Assembly (NCBI GenBank): GCA_030141605.1
Contig: JAQGDQ010000388.1
Coordinates: 62,001-126,000, forward strand
DNA: 64,000 nt
DNA from: Tubiluchus corallicola
Lineage: Eukaryota; Animalia; Priapulida
Direction of reading: 5' to 3'
Shown: positions 57,907-64,000 of the stretch, piece by piece
How the letters are laid out: every line of letters starts with the position of its first letter
Numbering within the stretch: position 1 is the first letter of the stretch
Notes under the pieces: model-generated
Told to the model about the DNA's origin: nothing
The model's database searches: none
Seen by the model: the letters and a program-made list of their open reading frames with translations, nothing else
Position numbers and translations under genes: made by a program

Positions 57907-58119
57907 CTGGAACAAAGAGAAAAAATATCTTTAGTTACATGTATGAACAAAACACAAAAACAGGTAATATGCATTGGATTCAAGAGTTTTTGCAAGAGGT
58001 ACTATAAATTATTACTAAAAGTAACTAACTTATTACTAAATTACTCATTCGTTAGCAATAATTGTGACGAGAGGAGTTTTGCAAATGGAAATCGGTGTCA
58101 AAGACGATTAACGGTGCTT

Positions 58120-58915
58120 GCAGAGGAGGTGGCCGATTAGAGATAATCGTGCAGTGCTTGCTGATGAGTTATTATAGTATTTGGAAAGTGAGGACTGACT
58201 GATGGGAGCTATTGGCACTTGGCAGTGGTTGTGTTGTGGTATTGAAGCATTTGGAAATTAGAGGTGGATGACAAAGGCTTCTGACAGTGCCTGTGGTGTG
58301 AAGAATTTGAAAAGTGGAGGTGGCTGATGACGGCTAATGACAGTGCCTGTGGTGTGAAGAGCTCGGAAAGTGAAGACGGCTGATGGATGTTATAGGTAGT
58401 GTTTGTGTTGCTGGACCATTTAGAAAATGGAGATGGCTGATGAAGGCTATCAACAATGATTACAAAGTCAAGAATTTAGAAAGTGGAGATGGCTGATGAA
58501 GGCTACTGACAGTGTTTGTATTGTGAATAATTCGAAATGTGGAGGTGGCTGATGACGGCTAATGACAGTGCCTGTGGTGTGAAGAGCTCGGAAAGTGAAG
58601 ACGGCTGATGGATGTTACAGGTAGTGTTTGTGTTGCTGGATCATTTGGAAAATGGAGATGGCTGATGAAGGCTATCAACAATGATTACAATGTCAAGAAT
58701 TTAGAAAGTGGAGACGGCTGATGGACGTTATAGGCAGTGCTTGTGTTGCTGGATCATCTGTAAAATGGAGATGGCTGATGAAGGCTATCAACAATGATTA
58801 CAATGTTAAGAATTTAGAAAGTGAAGATGGCTGACGAAGGCTACTGACAGTGTTTGTATTGTGAATAATTTGAAAAGTGGAGATGGTTGACGAAGACCAT
58901 CAGCACTGCTTATGT
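58120..58915. repeat. Degenerate ~56-bp satellite with higher-order structure
   Basis: GGAGATGGCTGATGAAGGC-like monomers at 58316, 58372, 58429, 58485, 58541 and onward; a near-exact block repeats with period 225. Confidence 0.9.
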
Positions 58916-61900
58916 TTTAAAGGGTTGGTAAATGGTTGATACGCTGATAGTTAACTGAAGACTGTAAACAATGCCCTTGACTAAATGATTTGAGAAATCC
59001 AAATAGGTGAAAGCCCAGCCTGCGAAATTTTGTAAATTTGTGAGCCAGATTGAACCAAGGCGTGGCTACACTACAATATACCGGCGAAAAAACTTGGTAT
59101 GGGTATTGTTAGTTATTGTTAGCCAATTCCCAGACGAAACCTTTGGGTAAGATATTGTATATTCAATATACCGTTAGAATCATGATAATCCATTAAAGAG
59201 AGATAATTGCGAGTACTGATAAACATAACTGATTACGGTACTTTTTGTTTTAGCTTTAATACTCTAATTATTCCTTTGGAGTGTATACTTAATCGTGCCT
59301 AACGGGTGAGCAAAATATCTGTAAGGCTGAACAATATAAAGACAACTTTCTAATATATATGGCTTTTGCGTAGGACGTAGATTATACAGGACGGTCATCA
59401 CCACGTATGCGTTCCAATAAAACTAGCACCTTAGTCCTGAATCAGCCACGGTCGTAGTTCCTTCGAACTGCCGGGAAAAGGTCGTGAGGTATTGATCTCC
59501 AAGAGGTGACCCATTTCCCTTGCAGCGCAAGCCCCAGATTCGATGTTTGTTCAGGCGTTATGTTAGCAGCAGTTTACACACTAGCGTGCCAGATTCTTTT
59601 ACTACGCGAATTTACTACAAAATTAGAGATGTAAACGGATGATGTCTTTGCAGAGGAAAAAGAAATTAACTATGAAAGACGTAGTAACTGGATCGCTAAA
59701 CATTCAGAGGATATCCTACAATGCAACCTAATTAAATGCACAGACTTTTTTTATGAAAGGATTTTCATAAGCTTTGACGGGAGCAAAATGCATTTTATAT
59801 TGCATAAAATTAGTTTTGGTGAATTGTTCTTGCTCGTGATCAGTATTTCTATAATGAGATGAAAACTCATGTTTAAATATCATAAAATAAGTGTTTAATA
59901 AACAAGGTAGAAACGACTTAAAAATAAAAATGTGGGAGCTACATTGGTGAGCAAATGAGCGGGAAAGAGATACGTGAACAATAATTTATGAACAAATGAA
60001 CAATGGTATGAACAAACATACTAACATATGGATGAATGAATGAGTGAAACAAATGAATAAAGCAACCAGTAAACGAGGGATGAATGAATAAATGAACAAA
60101 TGAACGTACAATCTGTTAATCAATCACACAAACAAGGACTAAGCAAGCAAAAAAAACAAATATGAAAAAGATGAAAAACAAAATGAGATAGAAGGCGAAG
60201 AAAGAAAAATTCAAAAATAGAAAAAAGTAAAAAAGAAGCAACGAAGGAAAGAAGAAATACTCCTTTTTTCCTATAATAATCTCTCAAATCCACATATTTT
60301 CCTCTCTTTATAACATCCCGCTCTTCAATTTAATATGTGAACCCATTAAATGTCCTCAAATTTCAAGCACTTTAAAGTCAAGAGCTCCATTTTAAATTTG
60401 GAGACCCCAACAGGCGATTAAGAGTAGCATGATAAGAGGAGGAATAATAGATTAAATATGAAATCATTCCGCGTCAGTACTCGCATACGTGCAGCCTTTT
60501 ATTTGAATTTTATACCAACTCAAATGTCAATTCATATCAAACGCCCACTGGAGATGAGAAAAAGCCATTATATTCGTGAAAAGCAATATGGTGATATAAC
60601 TGATGTATCAGAGATATTATGCTATAATAATAAGAGTGACTGGCAACGTTGGCGCAATAAGAGAATTCCATTTGCAGGCAGTGGAGGAGTTCTCGATGGA
60701 AATGAAATCGAGTCGCAACTTTTAGAGCTTTCCCGGTAAATGGGAAGTTCTTTGAGGACGACTTACAACGTAGATTTCCATCGTGTCAATGCCACGAACA
60801 AGAAAGCGGGTCACAGGAAAATAAACGGATACGATGTCACGTATATATTCACGATACGTTTTACACGTTTTATTTAATGGAAAATTGTTTTGCAAAAATC
60901 TGAGTCTAACAGTTCTTTGGAAAAAGCTGATGTTTTGTGCATTCGAATTATAACTAAATCCTCGCACAAAAATTGTAAGCACCTTTACAAAAAGTTTTTG
61001 GTTTTAAATTTTCATTAGGAAAATGACCTCGGTTTATCAGCTTTTTTTACTATTTCTTTGCCTCAACCAGTTCGCCTGGCACTATAACTGAGTCCTCTGC
61101 AGAATAAGTCACAGAAATTAACACAAGGACATGAATGGCTCCAGGAATTTTTATTGCGGACTAAATAAAAAAGGTGCTAACAAGTCTAAAAATCTGTTTT
61201 GCTGGTAGCACAGAAAGGAAAGCAATGAAAGATTAGAATTCCGTATTTATATAACTTAATTAAAGGATAAACAAATAACCAAAGCTTTAGTGAAGTACTT
61301 TTTTAAATTCGGAATAAAAATACAATAAACTTAAGTTCAATCGATAAGAAATGACTGGCCGGCGTAAAACTAAACACGTCAGTTGTTTGTTATTATACTT
61401 TTTTCATTTTTCCTGAGTTTTAAACTAGTCTGAAACAAAAATTATAAAACTGTCATATGGGAAGAGTTAAAACGCAACAAATAAAGATTTATTTGAGTAA
61501 ATATTTCTTGCTCGTAAAAGTCTACAGGTTCATGTAAACCTTCATAATGCACGCCAATTTTTGGAATCACAACTTTCATTCATCTGGTCTATAAAACTGA
61601 AGATCTGCACGCTTTTCTGATATTCAGCTCTGACACTGTGCGTAAAGATTATTTCAGTTAGCCTTTTTACCCTGTTCAGGACGGCCCGCAACAAATAACA
61701 TATGTAGGGGGAGAACAGAGTAGGCGGGGCAGTGGGAAAATCTTAATGCAACAGTCAACCATTCATCTGTCCCGACGAAGCGGAAGCATTCCCAGTTGGA
61801 AACTGAAAAACCTTGGCAGCCAGATACGGATCGATAGGAGTAAAGAGTTAAGAGTGCAAGATGGAAAGGAGCTGTAGCTGTAGCTGTCAGGGGGAGTGGT

Positions 61901-64000
61901 GATTTGGAGCACGCGTGGTGCGCGCAAACGGGAGGGACTAAAATAGTGGTCAGTTTGTCTGCTTCAGCAAATCATAGGAAAATTGTAAGCTATCGATAAA
62001 TTCCGTTTTCCATGCATAGAGTTCACTAAATAATAATTCATGTGAAATTGTTGCTAAAGTTATTAATGTTTCTCCTATTATATTTCATTTTTTGGTTGGT
62101 AGCCCACAAACAAATATGAATAAGAATAGTTACCCACTCGTGCTACTGATAAATAAATAAAAAATAATGATAAATTTTTCTCATAATAAAATATGTGAGG
62201 CTAATCAATATTATCCTGAATAGATTTTCAAAGATTTTCAAGAAATGACCGTTCAAAGAAAGGTTTCAGAAACAAATAAAATTTAGAAACCTGGTACCCT
62301 TCTTATTAGTTGAAAGAAATTTCGTTTTGGCAATGTCAATTTAAGTAAAACAAAAATAGAGCAAACCGAGATATTGAAACAAAGAAAGCAATACGAAATC
62401 GAAACGAAATCAAAAATGTTCAAAAAATATTAAATTTCTGAATCATTACAGTGTACAGAAAAAAGATCATATTTTTTACGAAAAAATGGCAACAACGACT
62501 AATTCAAATGACGCCACATCCGATTGGTAAACCTGGATAAAGAGCCATTGCATGCATTCCTTTCGAAGGAGGATTTTCATTCGACTTACCAAAGAAAATG
62601 CAGGTCTTTTAGAGAAGGAGGAGACGGGGGGCCAAAAGGCGCTAAAAAGAACTAAACAACAATCGTCATAACACGTCTGGCAGGAAGGAAATGGAATAAA
62701 ACAGAAATAATTAACTTAGAAACGCGAATTGTGCAAGCCAAAACCCTCTCAACAATTGTCAGCAATTAAAAGCGTTTACGACCGCAATTTGGGCGAAGTC
62801 ATTAGGCTTTAACACCTTCTGCTCCACAAAGAGCAGTCCGACTTTTCACCACTTTCTCCTAAATCTTTAACCTCTGGCCCTCTACGGGCGCAGGGCCTGC
62901 TTGGAAGAGGCGGCAATTAAAAACGTATGAGAGCTGAGTTAATGAGAAAACGGCCGCATTCTCCCGGGGCGAGCTCATTGGACGACTGGGCCGTTGCTAA
63001 GGCAACGGCAGTGATGGGGATGCTGGCATGAATGGGCAAAGCTGTGTTGTCCGTGACAAGCAAGGGCGATTTGATTAATGGAACTCGTCGTAGTTTAGTG
63101 TAGTTGGATAGTATGTGGAAAATTCAAAACCCATTAGCACTACAAACGCCCGGTCACCACTAGGCCTAACATTAATTCAAAGTAAAAAAAAAATTTAAAC
63201 TATATCTTCTACAAGATAAGCTAATAAATCTTCTAATAAAATCTAGCTAGTGGACAGGTCCATCTTTTTCCCGAACTGCTGCTATTTTTGGGAACCACAT
63301 TCATGCAGGAATCAATGTAATGATGACAGGTTAAACAGTAGAAGGTCCCATTCTTTTGATAAACTTTAGACTGTTCATCTACAACGGGAACTGAACGTTG
63401 GCTAACGCAGCTTTAGAATAAATGTTACGTACGACATAAAGGAAGACCATTAACTAATTTTGATAAAGTTTAATCAATTAACGGAGCACACTAAAATCAA
63501 AAGGCTAAATTTGACAGCTAATAGTAATTCGCAGTAGAACTATACAGTCTAAACAGTGTAACACGGTAGCCCGTGATTGCAACCTGCATGGCATATTATA
63601 TTGAACAGAGGCGGTAGAACTGTTGTCAAGAAATGCAAAAAATCTTGTCCTGTTAGCGCACAAGCTGTGTGAAATGTTTCATGAGACTAACAAAGTGAAA
63701 TAGCCAGCAATGGTTGAGTAACCGTCGAACAAATACAGTACAGAAAACTTTCTCTAACATGTCAGTGATGTCATTACACTAGAGGTGGAACCAGTCACAG
63801 ATGACACACTTGAAATGAGCAAATGCATAGTTTAAATTGAATAATATGCAACTCGTGCAGAAAGATGTAGCGCATCTCAATAAGACAGGAATTCCCCAAG
63901 GACCAGACATACGTCCCTCAGCGTTCTCGTTATAGAGGGATTAATGAGGTCTACTATCACTTCACCGTCTGGAGGTGGTCCAGTAATTCAGGATATTGAA

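Noticed and set aside
62590-62641. Candidate upstream HMGA exon (ttag|52 nt|gtaagt on -)
   Set aside because: Encodes no AT-hook and has no recognisable homology; the expected upstream AT-hook exons were not found in the window.
54913-63944. TTAATCCCTC..AGAACGC inverted match between ~54913 and ~63921-63944, piggyBac-like
   Set aside because: Short and gapped, and it would enclose a host exon; likely chance or a shared TAATCC site.

Overview
AT-rich metazoan (invertebrate-type) genomic DNA with spliced GT-AG genes; no prokaryotic features. Four host genes can be reconstructed by reading exons. (1) The last four coding exons of LEMD3/MAN1 (+, 612-10581). (2) A complete 13-exon RRP9/U3-55K (-, 27431-14666, about 480 aa). 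(3) A complete 4-coding-exon SMIM29/C3orf18-family single-pass membrane protein (+, 28908-34892, 148 aa), divergent from RRP9. (4) The 3' part of an HMGA gene (-): an AT-hook exon at 57906-57853, a 17.3 kb intron, a likely terminal exon at 40507-40397 and a putative ~3.2 kb 3'UTR. That UTR carries six let-7 seed matches and converges on SMIM29. A MAN1 intron holds a young BEL/Pao LTR retrotransposon (2767-9484). It has a SAP domain on Gag, intact protease and integrase motifs, and no RT or RNase H. It sits in register inside an 81-bp minisatellite with no TSD and filler-like junction DNA. Also present are pogo-type MITEs (one with a nested hAT MITE), two 5S-rRNA-derived SINE-like copies, and several mini- and microsatellites. 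The gene neighbourhood resembles the vertebrate LEMD2/3-HMGA1/2-SMIM29/C3orf18-RRP9 paralogon. All calls are from manual reading and recalled homology; no searches were run.
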